A stretch of DNA of 64,000 bases from Actinomycetes bacterium (GTDB taxonomy: Bacteria; Actinomycetota; Actinomycetes; S36-B12), in assembly GCA_965278965.1 (NCBI GenBank), contig OZ257127.1:39159-103158 (forward strand), in the 5' to 3' direction. Shown here piece after piece: positions 29,136-42,473 of this stretch. Made by a program: the position numbers and the translations under genes. Numbering within the stretch: position 1 is the first letter of the stretch; the number at the start of each line of letters is the position of its first letter. Under the pieces are notes generated by a model that saw nothing but the letters and a program-made list of their open reading frames with translations, ran no database searches and was not told the DNA's origin.

Positions 29136-30083
29136 GTGGACGTCCCCAGCTGGTTGTGGGCGGCGACGGTCGTCGGCCTCATCGGGGTGATCTGCCTCGA
29201 CCTCGTCATCGTCGACCGTAAGCCGCATGCCTTCGGCCCGAAGCAGGCGGCCCGATGGGTTGCCGTGTACGTCGCGCTCGCGCTGCTGTTCGCGGTGTTC
29301 GTCGCGTGGTACTTCGGCGCCGCCTACGCCGGCCAGTTCGTCGCCGGCTACCTCATGGAGTACTCGCTCAGCGTCGACAACCTGTTCGTGTTCATGGTCA
29401 TCATGACCTCGTTCGCGGTCCCACCCGCGTTGCAGCACCGCGTCCTCCTGGTGGGCATCGTCATCGCCCTGGCACTGCGGGCCGTGCTCATCGTGCTCGG
29501 TGCCTCGCTCATCGAGCGGTTCGCCGGCACCTTCTTCTTGTTCGGTGGGTTCCTGCTGTTCACTGCCTGGCAGGTCTGGCGCTCGGAGGACGACGAGCCC
29601 GACCCGGGCGGCAACGGCTTCGTCCGGTGGGTCGGCAACCGGCTGCCGACGTCACCGCACTATGACGGGACGCGCCTGACGACCCGCGTGGCGGGCCGGC
29701 GCGCGCTCACCCCGATGGCCCTGGTGATGCTGGCGATCGGCACCACCGACCTGCTGTTCGCCCTGGACTCGATCCCCGCCGTCTTCGGCATCACATCCGA
29801 GGCCTACCTCGTCTTCGCCGTCAACGCGTTCGCGCTCATGGGCCTGCGCCAGCTCTACTTCCTCCTGCAAGGGCTCCTCGGTCGGCTGGCGTACCTCAAC
29901 CGTGGGCTTGCGGTGATCCTCGCGTTCATCGGCGTCAAGATGGTTCTCGAAGCCCTGCACGCCACCACCGACCTCGACGTCCCGCTGATCCCGGTCTGGC
30001 TCTCGCTGGTCGTGATCGTCGGGGTGCTCGCGGTGACAACCGTCACCAGCATCTACGCGACCCGTGAACGGAAGGCGACCTGA
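29136..30083 (+). CDS. TerC/Alx family membrane protein
   Basis: EYSLSVDNLFVF, DLLFALDSIPA. Confidence 0.93.
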   Translation: MDVPSWLWAATVVGLIGVICLDLVIVDRKPHAFGPKQAARWVAVYVALALLFAVFVAWYFGAAYAGQFVAGYLMEYSLSVDNLFVFMVIMTSFAVPPALQHRVLLVGIVIALALRAVLIVLGASLIERFAGTFFLFGGFLLFTAWQVWRSEDDEPDPGGNGFVRWVGNRLPTSPHYDGTRLTTRVAGRRALTPMALVMLAIGTTDLLFALDSIPAVFGITSEAYLVFAVNAFALMGLRQLYFLLQGLLGRLAYLNRGLAVILAFIGVKMVLEALHATTDLDVPLIPVWLSLVVIVGVLAVTTVTSIYATRERKAT

Positions 30084-30085
30084 CC

Positions 30086-31090
30086 GTGGACGTGACCCTC
30101 GGCCTGTGGGCCGTGACGATCGCCGGGATCCTCGGCCTCATCGTGCTCGACTTCGTGGCCGTCAGCCACAAGCCGCACGAGGTGCACTTCAAGGAGGCCC
30201 TGCTCTGGTCGATCTTCTACATCGGCGTCGCGGTGGCCTTCGGTGCCGCGATCTGGGCCTGGCAGGGCGGCGACATCGGCACCCAGTACTTCGCCGCGTA
30301 CCTCGTGGAGAAGTCGCTGAGTGTCGACAACCTGTTCGTCTTCATCATCATCCTCACCCAGTTCGCCGTGCCGGTAGAGCTGCACCAGCGTGTGCTCCTC
30401 GTCGGCGTCGTCCTGGCGCTGATCCTGCGCGCGGCGTTCATCGCGGTCGGCGCGGCGGCACTGGCGACCTTCGCCTTCACGTTCGTCATCTTCGGCGCGA
30501 TCTTGATCTGGACCGGTATCCAGCTGGCTCGGCACCGGAACGAGGACCCCGAACCGAAGGACAACGCCGTCGTGCGCATGGCGCGCAAGCGGTTCTCGTT
30601 CACCGAGGACTACGACGGAACCCGGATGCTGACGCGGGTGGACGGCAAGCGCGTCGCCACGCCGATGTTGCTGGTCATCGTCGCGATCGGCTCGACGGAC
30701 CTGCTGTTCGCGCTCGACTCGATCCCGGCGACGTTCGGCGTGACGCAGATCCCGTATCTCGTGTTCGCGGCGAACGCCTTCGCCCTCCTCGGCCTGCGAG
30801 CCCTGTACTTCCTGCTGAAGGGGCTGCTCGACAAGCTCGTCTACCTGTCGACCGGTCTTGCCGTGATCCTCGTGTTCATCGGCATCAAGCTCGTGCTCAC
30901 GTACCTGCACGAGCTGAACCCGTCGATCCCGCACATCTCCACGGTGCAGAGCCTGGTGTTCATCGTCGTCGTGCTCGTCATCGTGACGATCGCGTCCTGG
31001 CTGAAGGTCCGCCGTGATCCCACGGCGACGGCCCACGCCGGCCGGATGACCGGCGGTGAACGGGAGGACGGAGCGGTCGCGGGCGACTGA
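30086..31090 (+). CDS. TerC/Alx family membrane protein (second copy)
   Basis: EKSLSVDNLFVF, DLLFALDSIPA. Confidence 0.93.
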   Translation: MDVTLGLWAVTIAGILGLIVLDFVAVSHKPHEVHFKEALLWSIFYIGVAVAFGAAIWAWQGGDIGTQYFAAYLVEKSLSVDNLFVFIIILTQFAVPVELHQRVLLVGVVLALILRAAFIAVGAAALATFAFTFVIFGAILIWTGIQLARHRNEDPEPKDNAVVRMARKRFSFTEDYDGTRMLTRVDGKRVATPMLLVIVAIGSTDLLFALDSIPATFGVTQIPYLVFAANAFALLGLRALYFLLKGLLDKLVYLSTGLAVILVFIGIKLVLTYLHELNPSIPHISTVQSLVFIVVVLVIVTIASWLKVRRDPTATAHAGRMTGGEREDGAVAGD

Positions 31091-31104
31091 ACGCGGAGCA
31101 GACG

Positions 31105-31386
31105 TCAGGCCGCGTCGCCCTCGGCCAGCGCTCGAAGCGAGCGGTCCGTGCCGCGCCAGCGGCTCCAGGTCAGCAGGGATCCGACGGCCAGCGCGGCCGC
31201 CGGTGCGAAGTACGCCACCCACGCCCAGACCGACACCGAGTCGCCGTCGACCGCGTTGACGATGCCCCAGACGATCCAGCCCACCACCACGACCCAGATC
31301 ACCAAGAGGGCCACCCACACCTGCATCGACCGCCTGGTGCGGTCGCGCTCGCGCAGCAGCTCCTGGACCCGGCCTTCGTGCCTCAC
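31105..31386 (-). CDS. Small two-TM membrane protein
   Basis: Two hydrophobic helices; GTG 31386 overlaps the MBL stop. Confidence 0.55.
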   Translation of the reverse strand: MRHEGRVQELLRERDRTRRSMQVWVALLVIWVVVVGWIVWGIVNAVDGDSVSVWAWVAYFAPAAALAVGSLLTWSRWRGTDRSLRALAEGDAA

Positions 31387-32033
31387 CAGCCCCGCTCCCG
31401 CCACTCACCGAGCGACCCCCGCTCGGCACCGACCGTCGTGTCCCAGCCGTGGCCCGGGTACACCCACGTCTCGTCCGGTAGGCGGTCGAAGACGCGCTCG
31501 ACCACACCGCTGTACAAGGAGTCGAAGTCCTCCGGCGACCCGGTCTTGCCGACGCCGCCGGGGAACAGGCAGTCGCCGGTGAACAGGTGCGGCGGGCCGT
31601 CGGGGTCGTCGTAGAGGAGGGCGATCGACCCCGGAGTGTGACCGACGAGGTGGATCGCCTCGAGGACGACGGAGCCGACCGGGATGGCGTCGCCGTCGCG
31701 GACGACGATGTCGGTCGGCACGGGGATGCCGGGGGCGTCGAGCTCGTGCGCGATCGTGGTAGCGCCGGTGGCGGCGACGACGTCCGCCAGCGCCTGCCAG
31801 TGGTCGGGGTGCCGGTGGGTCGTCACGACCGCGTCGATCCCGTCCGGGCCGACGAGCTCCAGGAGGCGCTCGGGCTCCGCGGCGGCGTCCACGAGGACCT
31901 GGCGCCCGGTGACCCGGCACCGCAGGAGGTAGGCGTTGTTGTTGAACGACCCGACGGCCAGCTTGCTCACGACCAGCCCGGTCAGCTCGTGGACGTCCGC
32001 CGGTCCGCCGACTGTCACACGGCCGTTATACAT
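31383..32033 (-). CDS. MBL-fold metallo-hydrolase
   Basis: THRHPDH, GHTPGS, FTGDCLF, YPGHG. Confidence 0.92.
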   Translation of the reverse strand: MYNGRVTVGGPADVHELTGLVVSKLAVGSFNNNAYLLRCRVTGRQVLVDAAAEPERLLELVGPDGIDAVVTTHRHPDHWQALADVVAATGATTIAHELDAPGIPVPTDIVVRDGDAIPVGSVVLEAIHLVGHTPGSIALLYDDPDGPPHLFTGDCLFPGGVGKTGSPEDFDSLYSGVVERVFDRLPDETWVYPGHGWDTTVGAERGSLGEWRERGW

Positions 32034-32034
32034 T
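32013..32034 (+). promoter_or_regulatory. Possible RecA-NDp promoter of uvrA
   Basis: TGTCAC-N10-TACATT about 49 nt upstream of GTG 32083. Confidence 0.55.
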
Positions 32035-32082
32035 CGAGCCCTTCGTCCGAAGATCCCGCACGATACCGCCGGAAGGAACCGC

Positions 32083-34971
<2,889 letters not shown>

Positions 34972-35115
34972 CCGGCGCGCTGGGCGTCGACGGCGGCTTA
35001 ACGGTTGCGACGGGTCTCGTAAACACTCGGTAAAGCCCGGGTGCGGTGACGTCGCCGCGCCACCGCCTCCCGTAGCGTCGGGTTGACCGTTCAACCGTTC
35101 CCGCCAGGAGGACCC

Positions 35116-35580
35116 ATGCCCGTCGAGCGCCGCACCGTCCTGCAGGCAAGTGGCCTGATCGCCGTCGGCGGGCTCGTCGCCGCCTGCGCCGGCAGTTCCG
35201 ACGCCGCCTCGGCGTCGACCCCGGCGAGCAGCGCGCCCGCAGCCGGAGCGTCGTCCGCCCCCGCATCGAGCGCCGCGAGCTCGGCCGCCGCCGGGGCCCT
35301 CGCGAAGGTGTCGGACGTCCCCGTCGGCAGCGGGCTGATCATCGCCGATCCGGCCGTCGTCATCACCCACCCCGAGGACGGCACGATCAAGGCGTTCAGC
35401 GCGATCTGCACGCACCAGGGCTGCCTGGTCGGCAGTGTCGAGAACAACGAGATCAGCTGTCCGTGCCACGGCTCGAAGTTCTCCGCGACCGACGGGTCGG
35501 TCATCCAGGGTCCGGCCACGCAGCCGCTGCCGGAGGAGAAGGTCACCGTCGACGACAACGGCACCATCATCTCCGCCTGA
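35116..35580 (+). CDS. Rieske 2Fe-2S protein with Tat/lipoprotein signal
   Basis: ERRTVLQ, CTHQGC, CPCHGS. Confidence 0.92.
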   Translation: MPVERRTVLQASGLIAVGGLVAACAGSSDAASASTPASSAPAAGASSAPASSAASSAAAGALAKVSDVPVGSGLIIADPAVVITHPEDGTIKAFSAICTHQGCLVGSVENNEISCPCHGSKFSATDGSVIQGPATQPLPEEKVTVDDNGTIISA

Positions 35581-35596
35581 CGGCACCCGACCTCAC

Positions 35597-35618
35597 GGTC
35601 GGTGGGGGTACCTAGGCT
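35597..35618 (+). promoter_or_regulatory. Possible RecA-NDp promoter of uvrC
   Basis: GGTCGG(TG)-N10-TAGGCT, 6 nt before GTG 35625. Confidence 0.55.
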
Positions 35619-35624
35619 GGCGGG

Positions 35625-37541
35625 GTGGCTGACCCGACGACCTACCGACCGGCGGCGGGGGAGATCCCGACCGACCCCGGGGTCTACCGGTTCCGCGACG
35701 GCCACGGCCGCGTCATCTACGTCGGCAAGGCCCGGAACCTGCGGTCGCGGCTGAGCTCCTACTTCGCCGACCTGTCGACCCTGCACCCGCGCACGCGGTC
35801 TATGGTCACGACGGCGGCCGGGGTCGACTGGGTCGTCGTCGCCAACGAGGTCGAGGCGCTCTCGCTGGAGTACTCCTGGATCAAGCAGTTCGACCCCCGC
35901 TTCAACGTCAAGTACCGCGACGACAAGAGCTACCCCTACCTCGCTGTCACGTTGGGCGACGAGTTCCCGCGCGCCGCGGTCGTGCGCGAGGCCAAACGCA
36001 AGGGCACGCGGTACTTCGGGCCGTACGCGCACGCCTGGGCCATCCGGGACACCCTCGACCAGCTGGTCCGCGTCTTCGGCGTCCGGACCTGCCGCGACGG
36101 CGTCTTCCGCCGGGCCGCGCAGGTCGGCCGGCCCTGCCTGCTCGGCTACATCGGCAAGTGCAGCGCCCCGTGCGTCGGGCGTATCGAGCCGGACGAGTAC
36201 GCCGAGCTCGTGAACGACCTGTGCGCGTTCCTGGCCGGCCAGTCCGACCCCTTCCTGCGCGACCTCGAGCGGCGCATGCGGGAGGCCTCCGACCGGATGG
36301 AGTACGAGGAGGCCGCCCGCCTGCGTGACCGCCTCGCCGCCCTCAACCGGGCGCTGGAGCGCAACACCGTCGTGTTCGACGACTCGACCGACGCCGACGT
36401 CATCGCGGTGGCTGACGGCGACCTGCAGATGGGGGTCCAGGTCTTCCACGTGCGTGGCGGACGCATCCGCGGCGAGCGGGGCTTCGTCCTGGAGAAGGCC
36501 GAGGACCTCTCCGAGTCCGGCTACCTCGAGCGGGTCCTCCAGCACGTCTACGACGACGTCGAGGTGACCATCCCGGCCCGTGAGGTGCTGCTGTCCAGCC
36601 CGTTGGAGGAGCCGGCGGCGTGGAGCGCGTGGCTGACGGCCCTGCGCGAGGCGAAGGTGACGATCCGGACACCGCAGCGCGGCGACAAGCGGGCCCTCAT
36701 GGAGACGGCCAAGGCCAACGCGGAGAACACCCTGCGGTTGTACGCGGCGAAGCGCTCCTCGGACCTGACGGCCCGCAGTCAGGCGCTGCGCGAGCTGCAG
36801 GAGTCGTTGGGCCTGCCCGAGCCGCCGCTGCGCATCGAGTGCATCGACATCTCCACGCTGCAGGGCCAGGACACGGTCGCCTCGCTCGTCGTCTTCGAGG
36901 ACGGCCTGCCGCGCAAGGCGGACTACCGGTCGTTCATCATCCGGACCCCGAACGCCGACGACCTGGCTTCGGTCGCGGAGGTCGTGGGGCGCCGCTTCGC
37001 GCACCGGGACGAGGAACCGGCCCCCGACCCGGTCGACGGTGGCGGGCGCCGCCGCAAGTTCGCCTACCCGCCGGCCCTGCTCGTCATCGACGGCGGCGCC
37101 CCGCAGGTCCGGGCGGCTCAGGATGCGCTCATGGCCGCCGGGATGGCCGACCTCCCCGTGGTCGGGTTGGCCAAGCGCCTGGAGGAGGTGTGGCTCCCCG
37201 GCGAGAGCGACCCGGTGATCCTGCCCCGCACGAGCGAAGGCCTGTACCTGCTGCAGCGAGTCCGCGACGAGGCGCACCGCACCGCGATCGCGCTGCACCG
37301 TCGGCGCCGGGGCAAGCGCGCAACCGTCAGCTCTCTGGACTCGATCCCCGGGCTCGGGCCGGCCAAGGCGAAGGCGCTGCTGGCGCACTTCGGCACCGTT
37401 CGAGCCGTGCGCGCGGCGACGGTCGAGGAGCTCCAAGGCGTGCGCGGCGTCGGACCCGCGCTGGCCGAGGCGATCCACTCGGAGCTGAACCCGTCGACCG
37501 GCGTGGTCGTGGACAGCACCGAGGCGCCCGGTGCGCCATGA
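35625..37541 (+). CDS. uvrC: Excinuclease ABC subunit C
   Basis: GIY-YIG (PGVYRF...IYVGKARNL), RIECIDIS, VRDEAHR, HhH. Confidence 0.97.
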   Translation: MADPTTYRPAAGEIPTDPGVYRFRDGHGRVIYVGKARNLRSRLSSYFADLSTLHPRTRSMVTTAAGVDWVVVANEVEALSLEYSWIKQFDPRFNVKYRDDKSYPYLAVTLGDEFPRAAVVREAKRKGTRYFGPYAHAWAIRDTLDQLVRVFGVRTCRDGVFRRAAQVGRPCLLGYIGKCSAPCVGRIEPDEYAELVNDLCAFLAGQSDPFLRDLERRMREASDRMEYEEAARLRDRLAALNRALERNTVVFDDSTDADVIAVADGDLQMGVQVFHVRGGRIRGERGFVLEKAEDLSESGYLERVLQHVYDDVEVTIPAREVLLSSPLEEPAAWSAWLTALREAKVTIRTPQRGDKRALMETAKANAENTLRLYAAKRSSDLTARSQALRELQESLGLPEPPLRIECIDISTLQGQDTVASLVVFEDGLPRKADYRSFIIRTPNADDLASVAEVVGRRFAHRDEEPAPDPVDGGGRRRKFAYPPALLVIDGGAPQVRAAQDALMAAGMADLPVVGLAKRLEEVWLPGESDPVILPRTSEGLYLLQRVRDEAHRTAIALHRRRRGKRATVSSLDSIPGLGPAKAKALLAHFGTVRAVRAATVEELQGVRGVGPALAEAIHSELNPSTGVVVDSTEAPGAP

Positions 37542-37600
37542 TGGTCGTGACGCGCGACCGGATCACCGGATGACCGGCAGGCGCTGCTAGGGAGGCGAGC

Positions 37601-38482
37601 ATGGAGGGCGACCCCGAGGGTCGGCACTCGCTGCGGCTGGCGCTGGTGACCGGGATGTCCGGTGCCGGGCGGACGACCGCGGCCCGTGCACTTGAGGACC
37701 TGGGCTGGTTCGTCATCGACAACATGCCCCCGTCGTTGCTGCAGTCCGCGATCGACCTGGCCCGGCGCACCGCTGACGTCGACAAGGTCGCCGTGGTGCT
37801 CGACGCCCGCGGCGGCGCGTTCTTCCGGCAGGTGCGCGAGGTCGTCGACCAGCTCCCACGCGAAGGCGTCGAGCTGACGACCGTCTTCCTGGAGGCCTCG
37901 GACGAGGCCCTGGTTCGCCGGTTCGAGAGCTCCCGTCGCCCCCACCCGCTCCAGCACGGCCAGCGGATCCTGGACGGCCTGGCGGCCGAGCGGGCGCTCC
38001 TGGCCGATCTACGGGGCGCCGCCGACGTCGTCATCGACACCACCGCGATCAACGTGCACGACCTGCGCCGACGCATCGAGGCCGCGTTCGCCGACGACAG
38101 CGAGGTTCGCCTGACGTGCACGGTCCTGTCGTTCGGGTTCAAGTACGGGATCCCGGTGGACGCCGACATGGTCGCTGACGCCCGCTTCCTGCCCAACCCG
38201 TTCTGGGACGAGACGCTGCGCCCGCTGACCGGCCTGGACGAGCGGGTCGCGACCGACGTCCTGGAGCGGCCGGGAGCCGCGGAATTCCTCGACAGCTACG
38301 AGGGACTCATCCGGATCGTCGCCGACGGGTACCTGCGCGAGGGGAAGCGGTACGTCACCGTCGCCGTGGGCTGCACGGGCGGCAAGCACCGCAGTGTCGC
38401 GCTCACGGTCGCCCTGGCCGCGCGGCTGCGCGCCGCCGGCGTCGACGCCTCCTGCCTGCATCGAGACCTAGGCCGCGAGTGA
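37601..38482 (+). CDS. rapZ: RNase adapter RapZ / P-loop NTPase
   Basis: TGMSGAGR, SFGFKYG, RFLPNP, GCTGGKHRSV. Confidence 0.95.
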   Translation: MEGDPEGRHSLRLALVTGMSGAGRTTAARALEDLGWFVIDNMPPSLLQSAIDLARRTADVDKVAVVLDARGGAFFRQVREVVDQLPREGVELTTVFLEASDEALVRRFESSRRPHPLQHGQRILDGLAAERALLADLRGAADVVIDTTAINVHDLRRRIEAAFADDSEVRLTCTVLSFGFKYGIPVDADMVADARFLPNPFWDETLRPLTGLDERVATDVLERPGAAEFLDSYEGLIRIVADGYLREGKRYVTVAVGCTGGKHRSVALTVALAARLRAAGVDASCLHRDLGRE

Positions 38483-39462
38483 CCCGCCCCCGGCTGCCGG
38501 GGGCTCAGCTCGGCTCCCGGGCACGTCGCCGGGTCGTCGCGCTCGGTGGCGGGCACGGGCTGTCCGCGTCGCTCCAGGCCCTACGCCGGGTGACGGACGA
38601 GCTGACCGCGGTGGTCGGGGTCGCCGACGACGGAGGCTCCAGCGGACGCCTTCGGGCCGAGTTCGGCGTGCTGCCCCCGGGCGACCTGCGGATGGCCCTC
38701 GGGGCTCTGTGCGGGGACGACGCGTGGGGCCGCACCTGGGAGCAGGTGATCCAGCACCGGTTCGGGGGGTCCGGCGAGCTCGGCGGCCACTCGGTCGGCA
38801 ACCTGCTGATCACGGCGCTGTGGGAGCAGACCGGCGACGCGGTGACCGGGCTCGACTGGGTCGGCGCCCTGCTCGAGGCGCAGGGCCGCGTGCTGCCGTG
38901 CAGCGACGTGCCGCTGACGATCGTCGCGGAGGTGCTCGGCCACGACCCGTCGCGCCCGGACGAGGTGCAGGCCGTGCGGGGTCAGGTCGCCGTCGCGACG
39001 ACACCGGGCTCGGTCCTGCACATCGCGCTCGACCCGCCCGAGCCACCCGCCTGCCGTGAGGCGATCGAGGCGGTGCGGCAGGCGGACGCGATCGTCCTCG
39101 GCCCGGGCTCCTGGTACACCAGCGTCATCCCGCACCTGGTCATCCCGGACCTCGCGCGGGCGATCACCGAGAGCCCAGCCCGCCGCATCGTCGTGCTGAA
39201 CATCGACCCGCAGGTGGGGGAGACGACGGGGTTTGCCGCCCACACCTACCTCGACGTCCTCTACAACTACCTGCCCGACCTGCGGGTCGACGTCGTCATC
39301 GGCGACCGGCGGCACGTCGAGGACGTCGACGCGCTCCGCCGCTCCTGCGACGACCTGGGGGCCGAGCTGTTCCTCATGGACGTCGCACGAACCGGGCCCG
39401 GGTTCGCTGGCGTCCATGACCCGCAACGGCTCGCCGTCGCATTCGATACGGTGCTGGCCTAG
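38479..39462 (+). CDS. yvcK: YvcK/CuvA (GlmR) UDP-GlcNAc-binding protein
   Basis: ALGGGHGL, ADDGGSSGRLR, GPGSWYTSV. Confidence 0.93.
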   Translation: MTRPRLPGAQLGSRARRRVVALGGGHGLSASLQALRRVTDELTAVVGVADDGGSSGRLRAEFGVLPPGDLRMALGALCGDDAWGRTWEQVIQHRFGGSGELGGHSVGNLLITALWEQTGDAVTGLDWVGALLEAQGRVLPCSDVPLTIVAEVLGHDPSRPDEVQAVRGQVAVATTPGSVLHIALDPPEPPACREAIEAVRQADAIVLGPGSWYTSVIPHLVIPDLARAITESPARRIVVLNIDPQVGETTGFAAHTYLDVLYNYLPDLRVDVVIGDRRHVEDVDALRRSCDDLGAELFLMDVARTGPGFAGVHDPQRLAVAFDTVLA

Positions 39463-39489
39463 TTCGGTCGAGGAAACGGAGTACGGCGG

Positions 39490-40470
39490 ATGGCGATGAC
39501 GGCGGCCGTGAAGGACGAGCTCAGCCGCGTCGAGATCACCAAGGTGTGCTGCCGGAAGGCGGAGGTGTCGACCCTTCTGCGCTTCGCCAGCGGACTGCAC
39601 ATCGTCGCCGGGCACATCGTGATCGAGGCGGACGTGGACGCCGGGGCGATCGCCCGCCGCCTGCGCAAGGACATCTTCGACGTGTACGGCCACGAGAGCG
39701 ACATCACGCTCGTGCAGGGCGGTGGGCTGCGCAAGGGCACCCGCTACCTGGTGCGCGTCGTCGCGGGGGGCGAGGCGCTCGCCCGGCAGACCGGGCTCGT
39801 TGACGCCAGCGGCCGCCCAGTCCGCGGGCTGCCGCCGGCCATCGTCTCCGGTGGGCTGTGCGACTGCGAGGCGGCATGGCGCGGCGCGTTCTTGGCCCAC
39901 GGGTCGCTGACGGAGCCTGGCCGGTCGTCCTCGCTCGAGGTGACGTGCCCAGGGCCTGAGGCCGCGCTGGCGCTCGTCGGCGCCGCACGCCGGCTGGGGA
40001 TCTCGGCGAAGTCGCGCGAGGTGCGCGGCGTCGACCGCGTCGTCATCCGTGATGGCGACGCGATCAGCGCCCTCCTGACCCGCCTTGGCGCGCACGAGTC
40101 CGTCATGGCCTGGGAGGAGCGGCGCATGCGCCGCGAGGTCCGGGCGACGGCGAACCGGCTCGCGAACTTCGACGACGCCAACCTGCGCCGGTCCGCGCGG
40201 GCGGCGGTGGCCGCCGGCGCGCGGGTGCAGCGGGCCATGGAGATCCTCGGCGACGACGTGCCGGACCACCTCGTGGTGGCGGGCCGGCTGCGGTTGGAGC
40301 ACCAGCAGGCCAGCCTCGAGGAGCTCGGCGCCCTTGCCGACCCGCCGATGACCAAGGACGCGATCGCCGGGCGGATCCGCCGGCTGCTCGCGCTAGCCGA
40401 CAAGCGGGCGTCCGAGCTGGGCATCCCGAGCACGGAGTCCGCGCTCGGCCCCGATCTCATGCTCCCGTAG
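39490..40470 (+). CDS. whiA: DNA-binding protein WhiA
   Basis: [37 protein letters not shown]. Confidence 0.97.
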   Translation: MAMTAAVKDELSRVEITKVCCRKAEVSTLLRFASGLHIVAGHIVIEADVDAGAIARRLRKDIFDVYGHESDITLVQGGGLRKGTRYLVRVVAGGEALARQTGLVDASGRPVRGLPPAIVSGGLCDCEAAWRGAFLAHGSLTEPGRSSSLEVTCPGPEAALALVGAARRLGISAKSREVRGVDRVVIRDGDAISALLTRLGAHESVMAWEERRMRREVRATANRLANFDDANLRRSARAAVAAGARVQRAMEILGDDVPDHLVVAGRLRLEHQQASLEELGALADPPMTKDAIAGRIRRLLALADKRASELGIPSTESALGPDLMLP

Positions 40471-40479
40471 GAGCAGCGC

Positions 40480-41100
40480 GTGTACGTGCCCGAAGCGTTC
40501 GCGACCACCTCGGACGAGGCGCAGGCGTTCGTCGGGGCGGCGGACGCGGGTGACCTTGTCGCCGTCGGCCCGAGCGGCCTCACCGCGTCGTTCGTCCCGT
40601 ATGCCTTCGACCCCGAGCGTGGGAGCGGCGGCGTGCTCCTGGCGCACCTGGCCCGGCAGAACGAGCAGTGGCACGACCTCGACGGGGCTGCAGCCCTGAT
40701 GATCGTGCGTGGGCCTGACGCCTACGTGTCGCCGGGGTGGTACGCGTCGAAAGCCGAGCACGGTCGGGTCGTGCCGACGTGGAACTACGTCACGGCGCAC
40801 GTCCACGGGCGAGTCGTCGTCCACGATGCCCCCGACTTCGTCGAGGACGTTGTGCGCCGGCTCACGGAGCGGCACGAGGCGAAGCGCACGGTGCCGTGGT
40901 CGGTCGACGACGCTCCAGAGCGGTACGTCACCGGGATGCTGCGTGCCGTGGTCGGCATCGAGCTGCAGATCTCCCGTATCGAGCTGAAGGCGAAGCTGAG
41001 CCAGAACCGTCCGGCGGCCGATGTCGAGGGGGTCGTGAGCGGGCTGCTGGCGGACGGTCGCGACGACCTCGCCGAGCTGGTCGAGGACCACCGGTCGTAG
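40480..41100 (+). CDS. PaiB-like FMN-binding negative transcriptional regulator
   Basis: MYVPEAF, HLARQN, GPDAYVSP, VPTWNY, KLSQNR. Confidence 0.92.
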   Translation: MYVPEAFATTSDEAQAFVGAADAGDLVAVGPSGLTASFVPYAFDPERGSGGVLLAHLARQNEQWHDLDGAAALMIVRGPDAYVSPGWYASKAEHGRVVPTWNYVTAHVHGRVVVHDAPDFVEDVVRRLTERHEAKRTVPWSVDDAPERYVTGMLRAVVGIELQISRIELKAKLSQNRPAADVEGVVSGLLADGRDDLAELVEDHRS

Positions 41101-41117
41101 GCGTCGTGGTGGATCCG

Positions 41118-41600
41118 ATGCCGACGATGGGTCGGCTCGTCCTGCGGCTGGCGACAGCGGCGGACGTCGACACGCTCGTCGCGCTGGAACAAGCCTGCGG
41201 GCTGGAGGCCCTCGGCCACGTATTCCCGCCGGCGCAGTTCCCGTACCCGACGGGCGAGGTGCGCGATCGTTGGCAGGTCCGACTGGCGGATCAGGACGCG
41301 ACGACGGTGCTCGCGGTCGATGACGTGGCCGTCGGCTTCGTCTGCGTCCGACGCGGGGTGGTCCACCACCTCGGCGTCGATCCGAGCCGGCAGCGTCAGG
41401 GGATCGGGGCTCTGCTGCTCGACGAGGCGGTGCGGGTCGCCCGCGCCGAGAGCGTCGACCAGGTGTCGCTGTGGTGCCTCGTCGACAACCATCGGGCGTT
41501 GTCGTTCTACGCGGGTCGGGGCTGGCTCGCGACCGGCGAGCGGCGGCCGGCGGAGTTCCCGCCCCATCCGGTCGAGGAATGCCTGGTGCTGGCGGGATGA
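41118..41600 (+). CDS. GNAT acetyltransferase
   Basis: LGVDPSRQRQGIG, N-H-RALSFY..RGW. Confidence 0.85.
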   Translation: MPTMGRLVLRLATAADVDTLVALEQACGLEALGHVFPPAQFPYPTGEVRDRWQVRLADQDATTVLAVDDVAVGFVCVRRGVVHHLGVDPSRQRQGIGALLLDEAVRVARAESVDQVSLWCLVDNHRALSFYAGRGWLATGERRPAEFPPHPVEECLVLAG

Positions 41601-41607
41601 TCGGGTC

Positions 41608-42447
41608 GTGAAGGTCGAACGGATCGGCACGCCGCAGGCGTTCCTCGATGCCACCCGCGGCCTGCGGTCGCGCGAGCCGGTGCTGACGAACGTGATCGGG
41701 TCGGTCGCTACCGATGTCGCGGCGGGGCGGCGGTACGAGAGCCAGACATGGCTCGTCGTTCTCGATGGCGCGGACGTCGTCGGGTGTGCGATCAGGACCG
41801 CGCCGTGGCCGGCGAGCTTGTCACCGATGCCGATCGACGCCGCGGTGCTCGTCGGCCGAGCGCTCGCGGACGTGGAGCCGACCGTCACGGAGGTGACCGG
41901 CCCTGTTGCGGTCGTGCACGCGGCGCTCTCAGGACTGGGCAACCCGCCGTCCGCGGTCGTGATGGCCGACGTCGCGCGTGTTCTGGGGGAGCTGATCCCA
42001 CCACGTCGCCAGCAGTCTGGGACGGGCCGGCCAGCCAGGCCGGGCGACCTCGATCTGGTTTCTGGGTGGCTCGCTACGTTCGCCGCCGAGGTCGGTCTGC
42101 CGGCGCACGACCCCGTCGAGATGGCGACGTCGATGACGGCTGCCGAGCGGTTGTGGCTGTGGGAGGACGACGGCGTTCCGGTCGCGATGGCCGGTCACGC
42201 GCCGACCGTCGAGACCCCCGCCGGGCGAGTGGGCCGGATCGGCCCGGTCTACACCCCGCTGGAGCACCGCCGCCGAGGCTACGGAGAGGCGGCGACCCGA
42301 ACGGTCGCCGAGCACCTGCTCGAGACCTGCAGCACCGTCATGCTGTACGCCGACGCCGACAACCCGGACAGCAACAGCCTGTACGCGGCAATGGGCTTCG
42401 CGGTGGCGGGGGAGATGCTCCACGTTCGACTGGAAGATCGCCAATAG
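41608..42447 (+). CDS. GNAT acetyltransferase (FR47-like)
   Basis: IGPVYTPLEHRRRGYG, N.DSNSLY..MGF. Confidence 0.88.
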   Translation: MKVERIGTPQAFLDATRGLRSREPVLTNVIGSVATDVAAGRRYESQTWLVVLDGADVVGCAIRTAPWPASLSPMPIDAAVLVGRALADVEPTVTEVTGPVAVVHAALSGLGNPPSAVVMADVARVLGELIPPRRQQSGTGRPARPGDLDLVSGWLATFAAEVGLPAHDPVEMATSMTAAERLWLWEDDGVPVAMAGHAPTVETPAGRVGRIGPVYTPLEHRRRGYGEAATRTVAEHLLETCSTVMLYADADNPDSNSLYAAMGFAVAGEMLHVRLEDRQ

Positions 42448-42473
42448 TCGTTGCGGCGCACTAGCCTCGGCGG

